From Octopus bimaculoides (Eukaryota), in the NCBI RefSeq assembly GCF_001194135.2, contig NC_068996.1, positions 33,150,171 through 33,214,170 on the forward strand: a DNA stretch of 64,000 nucleotides. The letters are read 5' to 3'. A program made the position numbers and the translations under genes. This document shows positions 1-10,510 of this stretch, one piece after another (positions within the stretch are counted from its first letter, which is position 1; the number at the start of each line of letters is the position of its first letter). The notes beneath the pieces are model-generated. The model was not told the origin of the DNA, made no database searches, and saw only the letters and a list, made by a program, of their open reading frames with translations.

Positions 1-1353
1 CTAAACAAACATTTAAAAAATTTTATTGAAAATTAAAGATTGTAATGAAAAGTAAAAAAGAAAGATACTACTGTTTTTGCAATGATAATATTTCATGTTG
101 AATCATTGATCATTCATTCATTATTGTAATAATAGCATGAGAGAGCAAAATGCTTTCAATTCTGTCAGTATACAAGCAGCCCACAAAAAACTTTCTGCGA
201 TTAAAGTGGCCTGCTATGTAATTTGAGTTGGCCAGGCTGCGAAATTTTTTTTCCACTAGAGTTCCAGACCCCAGTAATGAATTCATTTGCATACAGCCAG
301 TTAGATCTCACCTTGAAAATCCACATACTGTGTACTACTACTTACAGTACAGCCACTCAAGCATAGAATGGTGTATGTCACTCTGTGAGTACAGCATAGC
401 AGGTCTCACATCAGCACCACATTCTCGCCCCACCCCCCACTATTCTCATTAATCAATTGAGCGACCATCTCTATATAGAGCTAACATTCAGTACCTATGC
501 TCAGATTGAGATTAGTGATACTGCATGTACCTACTGATATATGCAAGGAGAGCACAATATGATATAACGCCATATTGATAATGATTTTTACAAGTCAAAA
601 ACATCATCATCGCCACTGTCATTATCACCATTACCACTACCAACAGCTGCACACTCAATGTCATTCATCAGCATCATGATCTTCATCATCATCATACTGC
701 TATATACATATATATATATATTCTTGTAACAGAAAAAGAAAATGGAGAAATTAATATATAGACATAAGTTTATTTCAACAAATCCCATTCAGCATAGCGT
801 CAAATTTTTTTACACCTACAGCTTTTCCATAACCAATTAATTGAGGAATTAAATTAGATTAATTTAAATTTTCATATCGAATATCATAAATTGGGTATTT
901 CATCAGGGGAGAGAATTTAGGTAATTTTTCATTTCAGTGATATTAAAAAATGGAAATAAAAATTAAGGGGGAGATAACTAGTAAAGGAATATAAATAAGT
1001 CAACTTACTGTTAAACAAATATTGTAGTATGGTAACATGGCAAATTACAATTTTCACACATGTAATAAATTCATAATTAATCGACGCTGTACCAACCACT
1101 GAAGAATCTTGTCTCATAATTTGGCTAATTGGGTGATATTCTAAGATTGATTCATGGTTGATGATTTCAATTTCAGGTACAATGACCTGCGATCCCACTT
1201 GTCTTCCATGTGCCATTCTGTTCAAGCAAACAATATCCTATATTTATGTTGTATTTACTTTATTAATATCACTAAACTGAACTATTACCTAGAATTTGTT
1301 AGAATGCAGCTACATTCAGTGTTGGTTGACCTTTGATAGACTGAGATATTTTG

Positions 1354-1421
1354 TTTTTAAATACACCTGTTGCTAAAACACACATCTCTCAGTGTGTTTT
1401 AGCAACAGGTGTATTTAAAAA
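1354..1421. repeat. Perfect 30-bp inverted repeat with 8-nt loop
   Basis: tttttaaatacacctgttgctaaaacacac (1354-1383), loop atctctca, then the exact reverse complement (1392-1421). Confidence 0.9.
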
Positions 1422-1594
1422 GAAAAATTCTTATTATTCTTATGCATTTTAATTAATTTTTTTTTTAACTAAATAGTTTGAAACTCGTATACTGGTGTAA
1501 TTTCTCTCACAGAACATGATTTACTTAAAATATTTTTGACAAAATTTCGTATTTTAGAACTTATTTCGTGTTAAAGTTCTTGTATTTGGGTAAT

Positions 1595-1830
1595 TTCAAC
1601 CAATCAACAGCGTGTATTCGGTTGAAGAAAGCTACTGCTGTTTGCGATAGTAATCGAAGAGGAACAACTTCCGGGTCATCTCTACTAAATGTCACCACTC
1701 TGTCCTATTTTATTTTTTGTTTACTGCCTGTGTTGCAGATTACACAATTTTTTTTTTATGGTTCTCGCATCAGAGTAACCTGTAAACATCGAATCAACAC
1801 CGCAGGACTGAATTGGGGGAGGGGCGTGAA
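1595..1830. promoter_or_regulatory. Promoter-like CpG-retaining segment
   Basis: CCAAT at 1600-1604, ETS-type ACTTCCGG at 1667-1674 and GC-box-like GGGGGAGGGGCGT at 1815-1827. CpG density is visibly above the flanks. Direction is not determined. Confidence 0.4.
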
Positions 1831-2045
1831 TTTTGGTTTTATCCATGCATAAAGCACACCATGTTTAAAGGACCTCCAACACTACGAGCCTGCAGCTAGC
1901 TTTTTTGTTTTTGATGTCTATATAGTTTCAAAGTGCCTTATTTTACAACTATGAGATGTATTGTTATTATGATTTTGTCTTACTATTATCAACAACAAAC
2001 ACATTTCGTCAATATAAAAGTCTTTATTAGGTTAAAAATAACATT

Positions 2046-2437
2046 ATATATATATATATATATATATATATNNNNNNNNNNNNNNNNNNNNNNNNNNNNN
2101 NNNNNNNNNNNNNNNNNNNNNNNNNNNNNNNNNNNNNNNNNNNNNNNNNNNNNNNNNNNNNNNNNNNNNNNNNNNNNNNNNNNNNNNNNNNNNNNNNNNN
2201 NNNNNNNNNNNNNNNNNNNNNNNNNNNNNNNNNNNNNNNNNNNNNNNNNNNNNNNNNNNNNNNNNNNNNNNNNNNNNNNNNNNNNNNNNNNNNNNNNNNN
2301 NNNNNNNNNNNNNNNNNNNNNNNNNNNNNNNNNNNNNNNNNNNNNNNNNNNNNNNNNNNNNNNNNNNNNNNNNNNNNNNNNNNNNNNNNNNNNNNNNNNN
2401 NNNNNNNNNNNNNNNNNNNNNNNNNNNNNNNNNNNNN

Positions 2438-2479
<42 letters not shown>

Positions 2480-2570
2480 TGTATGTATATTCTGTATATA
2501 TATATATATTGTATATATATATATATATATATATTGTATATACATATTGCATATATATATATATCTTGTA
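2046..2570. repeat. (TA)n microsatellite spanning an assembly gap
   Basis: TA runs on both sides of the N run at 2072-2437. Confidence 0.95.
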
Positions 2571-2719
2571 TATAATAATATAGATTTAATCAAAAGATTA
2601 AATGTGGTACTTAAAATGTTTGAGGCACCAGAATTTGGTAGGATAAAAACCAAAAACAAAATCAAGAGATTTGGTGAATAAAAATTTGAAGTTAAGCAAC
2701 AAAAATTCAATAGGTTAAA

Positions 2720-2805
2720 GCAGTACGTACGTTTCGTACAAGCTCCATTTATTCATGTAGTGAGAACACCACAGAAAATACAATGAAAATGTACTCCTCA
2801 GCTGC
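2720..2805 (-). ncRNA. Type I hammerhead ribozyme, Penelope-associated, palindromic stem III
   Basis: Minus strand reads GCAG-CUGAGGA-GUACA-(49 nt)-UGUAC-GAAA-CGUACG-UA-CUGC. The core CUGANGA/GAAA/UH is complete, stem I is GCAG/CUGC, stem II is GUACA/UGUAC, and ACGUACGU is self-complementary. It lies about 750 nt downstream of the Penelope ORF stop. Confidence 0.85.
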
Positions 2806-4575
2806 ATAATGGAATTTCATTTTAGAAAGTCATTTTGAGGATGTTTGCAAGAAACAAGAGTAAGAGAAGAAAACAAGAATTTAAAATCTAATTGGAGGGA
2901 TAGTAGTAATTTCAAATATAGAGGAAGGTAGGTTAAGTAGTGGTGGACAGCAGGTTAGGGGTAAATCAAGCATGAGGGAAAGAAAAGAAGGAAATGGAAG
3001 GGTTAATACCCTAAGTAGTGGTAAGAATTTGGAAAAAAATTAAGGTAAGGGAATTAAGGTCAAGGTATTAAAGAAATATATCTATTCTACAGTATAAATA
3101 GAATAATACAAAGAAACACTAAATTTCTAAGTTTAAAACTATAGGGAACAATAATAATTAGAACAAGATAAACATATCCAGTTAAAATAAGATATAAATT
3201 AATGTGGGTTAGTATTATTTATGAGTAAAACTATAATATTAATGGCCAAAATTCAAACAGAATGAAAGGTGGGAAGAAAGAGGAAAAAAAGGAGAGGAGT
3301 AAAGTTAAAGTTAGAAAAACAGGACTAAATTAAGAGAATTTAAAGCTAAGGTTTTCGAAAAGTGATAGATAGAAGAGACTCAGAATAACCTAGAGTAAAA
3401 TGTAAGAATACTATCAGTGGGTTGGGAAAGGTTAAAATGTATTCTAAGTGTATATATTAAAAACTATAACTCAAATAAAATAGTTATTAGTCAAGGAAAT
3501 GAGAGAAACTAAATTAAAAAATTTAGCAAGATTTACTTTTTAAAATATTTAAAGATGCGGGAGTAACAATGCACACATAAGAACCCTAAGGTCAGATCTA
3601 TTGTTAATTAGACTAGGATTATCCTTAAGTTTAAAAATTTCGTAAATTTCCATAGAGCACAGTCCACAGCCATATCTACTATTTCTATAAGGTTGTGCTC
3701 TCCTGACAATTTCCCATTTAAGATTAAAATCGATACCATTTTCCTTCAATTCCCAAATTTTATTAGATAATGATGTGCTATTGGCTTTATGTCTAAGACT
3801 AAATGAAGAAAAATGGTTATATAATCGTTGTTTAAGGTTGATTGTGCAACCAACATAAATGTAATTATTAGTTGGAGTAGTTACTGTACATTTATAGACT
3901 ACATTACGGGTTAAACAACGNNNNNNNNNNNNNNNNNNNNNNNNNNNNNNNNNNNNNNNNNNNNNNNNNNNNNNNNNNNNNNNNNNNNNNNNNNNNNNNN
4001 NNNNNNNNNNNNNNNNNNNNNNNNNNNNNNNNNNNNNNNNNNNNNNNNNNNNNNNNNNNNNNNNNNNNNNNNNNNNNNNNNNNNNNNNNNNNNNNNNNNN
4101 NNNNNNNNNNNNNNNNNNNNNNNNNNNNNNNNNNNNNNNNNNNNNNNNNNNNNNNNGTGGGCTTTAATTCTACAATTGCAATTAAGGGGCTTATTAGCTA
4201 TATATATATTGCTATGTTGATTATTGATACAAGTATCTAAATTAGTTACATCAATATTGTTGGTTGTATTATTAGATATGCAATTGATATTGTTTGAGCT
4301 AGGAAGATTTATCTCATCAACTGTGTTAGCAGTTGAAGTATTAATATGTTCATTAACATGTGCATGATTATTGGTTGCGTTGGTGTTATTAATAGTTTGG
4401 TAGTTATTTGTATTGTTATCAATAATAAGACAATTTTTATTTTCAAGGGTCCTAGCTAGTTCAATGTTTTTTCTATTTAACTTATTGATAATAGATCCTA
4501 TGTTGGGGAGAGTAGAGTATGAGATACGGATTGTGTGTTGAGAGAAAATCTGCTTATCTTCAAAATTTATATCTT
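2720..4575 (-). mobile_element. 5'-truncated Penelope-like element (end of RT, linker, GIY-YIG endonuclease, 3' region with ribozyme)
   Basis: 4156-4565 reads KQIFSQHTIRISYSTLPNIGSIINKLN...LNCNCRIKAH. 3549-3920 reads RCLTRNVVYKCTVTTPTNNYIYVGCTINLKQRLYNHF...KWEIVRRAQPY...CGLCSME. These are the GIY-YIG pattern and the CxC/CxxC motifs typical of Penelope elements. Both segments lack internal stops and are separated by an N gap. Confidence 0.9.
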
Positions 4576-4584
4576 GTATATATA

Positions 4585-5087
4585 TCATCATCATCACCAT
4601 CGTTGTTTAACGTCTGCTTTCCATGCTAGCATGGGTTGGACGATTTGACTGAGGACTGGTGAAACCAGATGGCTACACTAGGCTCCAATCTGATTTGGCA
4701 GTTTCTACAGCTGGATGCCCTTCCTAACGCCAACCACTCCAAGAGTGTAGTGGGTGCTTTTACGTGCCACCAGCACGAAGGCCAGTCAGGCGGTACTGGA
4801 AATGGCTACGCTCAAAATGGTGTATTTTATGTGCCACCCGCACGGGAGCCAGTCCACTGGCACTGGCAATGATCTCGTTTGAAAGTCCTTACACTGGGCA
4901 CAGGTGCCATCACAATTTTGCTTTCGCTTGCCCCAATAAGTCTTTGCAAGCGGAGTTTCGTGTCCAATGAAGGAGACGACGTTGGCATGGGTGCCAGTCA
5001 TCGAATTTAACTCTATTTCGATTGCACTTGCCTCAATAGGTCTTCACAAGTGGAGTTTAGTGTCCAATTTAACTCGATTTCGATTTC
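4585..5087 (-). mobile_element. RTE LINE 3' UTR and (GAT)n tail
   Basis: Reverse complement of the 3' end that follows RTE ORFs elsewhere in the window (ggttggcgttaggaagggcatccagctgtagaaac...gatgatgat). Confidence 0.85.
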
Positions 5088-5477
5088 NNNNNNNNNNNNN
5101 NNNNNNNNNNNNNNNNNNNNNNNNNNNNNNNNNNNNNNNNNNNNNNNNNNNNNNNNNNNNNNNNNNNNNNNNNNNNNNNNNNNNNNNTCTTATGATATTT
5201 ACTTTGTATTATATAATACTTATTTATTGTGCTTTTAATTATTAATTTTTCTATATGTGACTGAATTTTCATCGATGAGTTCATGAACCTTGGTTCTTTT
5301 CCCTAAAACTATATATTTATATATATTTTATACTGTGAAACTTAATTACATTTTAATTTTTAATAAATTGATTTTAATTGAGTCTTTACCTGTAATTTTA
5401 TCCCTAATATTATTATTATAAAATCAGAAATAATACATTTCTAAATCTCTGAGAGAGACTTAAGCAGTAGTGATGTG

Positions 5478-5987
5478 ATAAAGTAGTTGTATACTGCCAA
5501 CTTAACATGACAGTCTTAATTAATGGAATATGCTACTGCTATTTAGCCCTAGGAAGCTGGACCGCTTCCTATTAGGCCTTGACACATTTCCTGTGTCCTT
5601 ATCTTTGCGAGGGGGAGACAAGCACCTCCACCCAGCTTAGCCTGCATTCANNNNNNNNNNCCTTATCTTTGCGAGGGGGAGACAAGCACCTCCACCCAGC
5701 TTAGCCTGCATTCAGGGACATGTTTCTGAGTCTTTGCTTGTCATCAGCCTGAAGTAGCATGACCAGCTGGTTGAAAAAGTCTGTCAACCTCTTGCAAAGA
5801 TATATTATTTCAGTGAAACACATTCACTGATTACTAGGCTAGGCTGGGTGGAGGAGTTTATCTCCCCCTCGCAAAGATAAGGACACAGGAAATGTGTCAA
5901 GGCTGACAGCTTCCTAGCGCTAAATAGCAGTAGTATATTCCCTTATTGGGACTGTCACGTTAAGCTGACAGTATACAACTACATTAT
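5478..5987. mobile_element. MITE-like element with ~160-bp terminal inverted repeats
   Basis: The left arm gtagttgtatactgccaacttaacatgacagtc...ccacccagcttagcct matches the reverse complement of about 5835-5982. No target-site duplication could be called. Confidence 0.8.
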
Positions 5988-5989
5988 TA

Positions 5990-5991
5990 TT

Positions 5992-6040
<49 letters not shown>
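5990..6040. repeat. (TA)n microsatellite
   Basis: Direct inspection. Confidence 0.9.
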
Positions 6041-6050
6041 TACATAATAT

Positions 6051-6300
6051 TGTGGCACACTGCCCCCCCCCCAACCATCATGGGCTTCAACAGTAGCTTG
6101 AGAAAACCACAAGCCAGCTCAGCAAGCCAACTTGCTTAGTGACGAAGAAGTAGTAGTTATAGAAGTCAAGGAATTGACAATAACAAACAAGACTGTTGAG
6201 TATGACCAAAGTAAAAAGTGGCTAAAAATTTATGGAATATGTAACAGTTTCAGAGTCGTAACGTGTTCGAATGTATCAATGTCACAATTTAATGTGGAAT
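6051..6300. mobile_element. Possible LTR fragment related to the Gypsy LTR at 35957
   Basis: Starts with TGT and shares aagccaacttgcttagtg..aagaagta (6124-6141) with 36019-36036 at a similar distance from the TG start. The right boundary is a guess. Confidence 0.4.
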
Positions 6301-7429
6301 GAAGTGCATGTAGAAATAAATGTCAGAAGGCATGTTTATTAATAAAGCATAAAAGTTTATTCTTTTAATGTAACAAACACGTGTATGAAGTAATAAGAAT
6401 TCTTTTTAGGTTGGTGTGTTAATGTTAATTAATTGGTGTAGTAAGAGATGAATGAATTTTGCATGACTTACTATGTATTTCACCTTGATAGTATATATGC
6501 TGTAGAATGAAAATAGATACGTCAAACAAGTTGTGCGGCATTGGTAGTGAACACTGTAAAAGACATATAGCAGAAAGGGTGATGTTGCCACTGGAACCAT
6601 CAAATCCACAACTCTCTAAGTTGGTGGTGAACCATGTTAAAGAAAGTGATGTTGCTTTTTTGCCCTTAAATCTGCAACTGATTTAGCTATTTGGAAATGG
6701 TGCATATACTGATGGGTGGAAGCTGCTACATGTATCCTTCTGCAGCCAACTCTAATGGGTTGAAGTTGGCATAGCACGACTGTGCTATGCCATCATGACA
6801 AAATAGCTTTTTTCTGTCACACTGTAAATATATTTTAATGAGTTCTTTCATTTACTTCTAAAATGTGTAGAATAGAGTTCTTTTGTTGAGCTCTTCTTTT
6901 ATTCACCAGTCAAATGATTTATTTTCTATCTTTTTTCATTTGGACTCTGTGGTTACTTCTGATTCATGTTAGTCAGGTAGCACATTCTTTACATTGCCAA
7001 GTTTACACTGACTATTTTCACAGCCAGTTCAAAACTGTCCTCACAGTGCAGACACCTGTTGCATCAAACTGACTTATCAACTGATGTCAACTGTTCTTTG
7101 ACACCAACTACTGTGTTAATTGTTCCACATGAACTGTCCAGCAACAACTCACACATCGCCTGCCAGCACTCACTTTGAACCAACTATCTGACACTGACTC
7201 AAGCACATCAACCATCACACATCAGCTTCTAGCACAGACTAACTGCCATGTGTTCACCCACAGTATTTATAATCTGGCCACACAGTAAACGTCTGCCAAA
7301 CCATCCAGCCTACTTTAAACAGTCACATGACCAAAATGATTCCAATTCGTGTAGTACCATCTGAAATTATATTCACATAATTTTTTGTTCGTAACACTAC
7401 CCACACCCTAGACGTTTGTCGACCAACAT

Positions 7430-7955
7430 ATGTATACAACATTAATAACTTCTGATAATTATTTTCTGTGAACTGAAGCTTCTTTACTTCCCTAGTGTAA
7501 TAATTTCCATCTTAAACTTGCAATTTCAATTCAAAATCTTGAGTTGAAAGACATTTCCTCTTTCATACAGCAAGTCTTTTATGCATGTTGCACTTTTGTT
7601 GGTTTTCTTTTTTTTTTTTTTAAGATATTCACCTTTAGTTCATTAATTTCCCAGAACAGCTGAAACTTACTTTTTGACAGTCAGCTGTTGTCACTGTTCA
7701 GTGAGAACACTTGCTCTTTTAGTTTTTCATTTTCTTTCTTTAAAAGATCTATTTTCTGGTTCAAATTTTTCCTGTCATGTTCCTCCAAATGCTCGGTGTG
7801 CTTTTCTTTGACTTCATGGCTGGATTTAGTCTCCTCTACAAAGTTTTGGTGGACATTTCGCAATTCTAACTCAGCATTTCTTTTATCTCTCAGATATTTT
7901 TCTATATTGCCTTCTCTCTCAGAACGTTTCATTTCTTTACGCCGTGTCAGTGTCA
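7430..7955 (-). pseudogene. Disrupted coiled-coil coding segment of unknown origin
   Basis: RRKEMKRSEREGNIEKYLRDKRNAELELRNV...LNQKIDLLKKENEKLKEQVFSLNSDNS*LSKSKFQLFWEINELKVNILKKKKENQQK. The frame continues past the stop at 7681-7683 and then decays. Confidence 0.5.
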
Positions 7956-7959
7956 TCCA

Positions 7960-8812
7960 CCAATGCTCAATTGGCCAATGATCCCCTGTGTCAATATGGT
8001 GCTTCACATGACACTGGAACAGTAGTAGGATCACTGTCATCCGCAATGCTCTCACCTCACCACCAGCAGTTGTCCACTTTACCATCTTGACAGAAGTCCA
8101 GCTAACACCCCTAGCCAAGTAATCCACACCCAAGAGACAAGGATCCTTCATATCCACCACATGGACAGAAAGCATGACCTCTTGCCCTGCAAGAGGTCAT
8201 GCTTCAGTCGGGACATCAACAGGTGCCCTCAGTTCAGTATAATGACCAGTAAACACTACATAACTGCTGTGATAACTCTGGTAAATCTCAAGGCCAAATC
8301 AATCACAAAGGAACACTAATAGCTGTCAATCTTCCCATCCACTTTTATGCTGTCAATCACAGTCATTTTACATCCTCTCAGATGTGGGGCTGTTGCCCCT
8401 TAACATCAGCTCCTTCCAGTTTCCTGACTCTCCTTTATTTTATGAGCACGGCAGTCAGATGTTCAGTACTCTCTCCTAAATGTAAACTTTCTATTATCAT
8501 TCTACTTTTGTTCTCTTTTCAAGCTGTAACAATCTTGCTTCTTGTGTCTTGGCTTCCCACGGTGCCAGCAACTTCTTCCAACCATCTCTTGCTCTTTCTT
8601 CTTCAAACAGCTTTCATTGAATCTTCCTGCTTCCCATACTTGCTTTGAATCTGGAACTGTAGCCCACCTGGGAACTTCTTGTGCTAGACTCAAATTCCAG
8701 AGCTCTAGCCAGTGCCTGTTCCACTTGAACTTTAAGCTCTGCACTGCCCAGAGTGACAATAAACTGCTCTTTCAGAAGATGAGCTGAGAGGTCATGTTGC
8801 CGTAGAGTATAC
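7960..8812 (-). mobile_element. Ty3/Gypsy internal fragment (gag end, protease region, start of RT), deleted derivative
   Basis: Matches 33610-34910. Contains HHIDTGDH and a CLLGVDYL protease-type motif. Confidence 0.85.
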
Positions 8813-8814
8813 AT

Positions 8815-10092
8815 AGGGCCTTAGAGTTAACCTAGCAAAAACCGAAGTTTTAGTAAGTAGGAAAGCAGACAAATCACAAATCCCTTCAGGTAGATGGCCC
8901 TGATCAATCTATAGAAAAGGTGTGGGTAGTAACTCTGTAAGAAGCACCCAGTATAAGCTTTGGACACACAAAAGGTGCAGCAATATCAGAGGAAGGTTAA
9001 CAGGGAAGATAGCTTTTGTGTGTGGTAGATGCACAGGTACAATAAACACCGAAAATGTACAGAAAATAGGCCATCAACTACCATGGGAGTAAGCTAGAGG
9101 TGGTAGATAGCTTCTGTTACCTAGGTGATCATGTTAGTAGCAGAGATGGATGTCCTGAGAACATAGTTATCAGAATAAGATTAGGCTGGGCTAAGTTTAA
9201 ATAGCTCCTCCTCTGCTGGCTACAAAGGGCCTCTCTCTCAGAATGAAAGGCTGATTGTGTGATGCCTGTGTGTGAACAGCTGTGCTACATAACAGTGAAA
9301 CATGGGCTGTGACAGCCAAGGACATGCGTAGGCTTGAAAGAAATGAAACCAGTATGTTTCAGTGGATGTACAATGTCAGTGTGCATTTTCAACAGAGTGT
9401 AAGCATCTTGAGAGAAAAGTTAGGCGTAAGAGATATCAGATGTGGTGTGCAAGAGAGATGAATGCGCTGATATAGTCATGTGATGTATCACATGACTATA
9501 TCAGAAGGACAGTTGTGTAAAGAAGTGTTGGTCCCTAACTGTGGAGGGAACCTGTGGTAGAAGTAGACACAAGATGTAGGATGAGGTGGTGAAGCATGAT
9601 CTCTGAACTTTGGGCCTCACAAAGGCAATGACTAGTGACTGACACCTTTGGCGATATGCTGTGCTTGAGAAGACCCATCAAGCCAAGTGAAATCACAGTC
9701 ATGGCTGATGCTGGTGTCAAGTAACTGGCACCCATGTAGGTGGTATGTAAAATGCACCTTTCAAGTGTTGAGCCTCATGGAGGCAAGGTGGTTGAGCTAC
9801 TTTCAAATGTTGAGTCTCATAGAGGCAATGACCAAGGCCCTTGGCATTATGTTGTGCTTGAGAAGACCGATCAAGCCAAGTAAAAGCCGCATTTGTGGCA
9901 GATACTGGTGTCATGCAAATGGCACCCATGCCAGTGACATGTAAAAGCACCCATTACACTCTCGGAGTGGTTGGCATTAGGAAGGGCATCCAGCCATAGA
10001 AACCATGCCAAAACAGACTGGAGTCTGGTGCAGCCTTCCAGCTTGCCAGCCCTGGTCAAACCATCCCACCCATGCCAGTATGGACAATAGAT
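8815..10092 (+). mobile_element. 5'-truncated RTE LINE (RT C-terminus, Cys-rich insert, 3' UTR, tail)
   Basis: GLRVNLAKT, GRWP-x-SI, VDSFCYLGD-type and GRPRKTWDEVV-type motifs with frameshifts. The (GAT)n tail is near 10078-10090. Confidence 0.9.
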
Positions 10093-10309
10093 GTTAAATG
10101 ATGATGGTGATATATGGTCTCATTTTATTGACAAGGGAGAAGACTCTCCCAACTGTGAGCGAGATGCATTAGATTAGCATATTTTTGTATAGGAAATTAA
10201 TACTCATCAGTAATGCTCACTCTACCACATACATACATTTATACATGTACATGCGTGTGCACATGCACACACACATATAGTAAAGTGAAAGCCCATTCAC
10301 TCATGATTG

Positions 10310-10510
10310 CTAGATTGTGGGTTCAATTTCTTGACTGGGTGTCATTGTATTCTTGAGCAAAACACTCCATTTCACATAGCTCCATTCTCCATTTCAATCA
10401 GGGGGAATGTTGGCCTGCTTGCCTAGCCAGTGGGGTGATGTCATTCGAAAATTAAATCAATGCAAAAGTGCATTGTGACCAGCAATGTATAACAACATGT
10501 GAAAGCCTGG
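10310..10510 (+). mobile_element. Degenerate tRNA-derived SINE
   Basis: B-box-like gggttcaatttc followed by gtattcttgagcaaaacact, a typical SINE central motif. Confidence 0.55.

Noticed and set aside
588-788. ORF with D/G/M-rich end
   Set aside because: It derives from (GAT)n-like and TA simple repeats, with no recognisable domain.
1154-1336. Plus-strand ORF with ttcag|gtac as a possible LRRC47 exon
   Set aside because: No frame resembles the LRRC47 sequence expected upstream of YLDFL.
1933-2710. Long ORFs of 187-227 aa
   Set aside because: They are artefacts of (TA)n and N runs. The same applies to the X-filled ORFs at 12836-13190 and 21846-22829 and the IYIY ORFs at 37379-37833 and 52986-53460.
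5265-5345. Second hammerhead-like motif (cgatgag...gaaac)
   Set aside because: The core lacks CUGA and no consistent flanking helices were found.
5601-5713. Direct repeat around a 10-N gap
   Set aside because: An identical overlap on both sides of a minimal gap is most likely an unmerged contig overlap.
6767-6792. 11-bp hairpin as a Helitron 3' end
   Set aside because: No CTRR terminus follows at the expected distance.
8382-8648. Identical 88-aa ORF here and at 34450-34716
   Set aside because: It is an antisense shadow of the duplicated Gypsy segment, not a gene pair.
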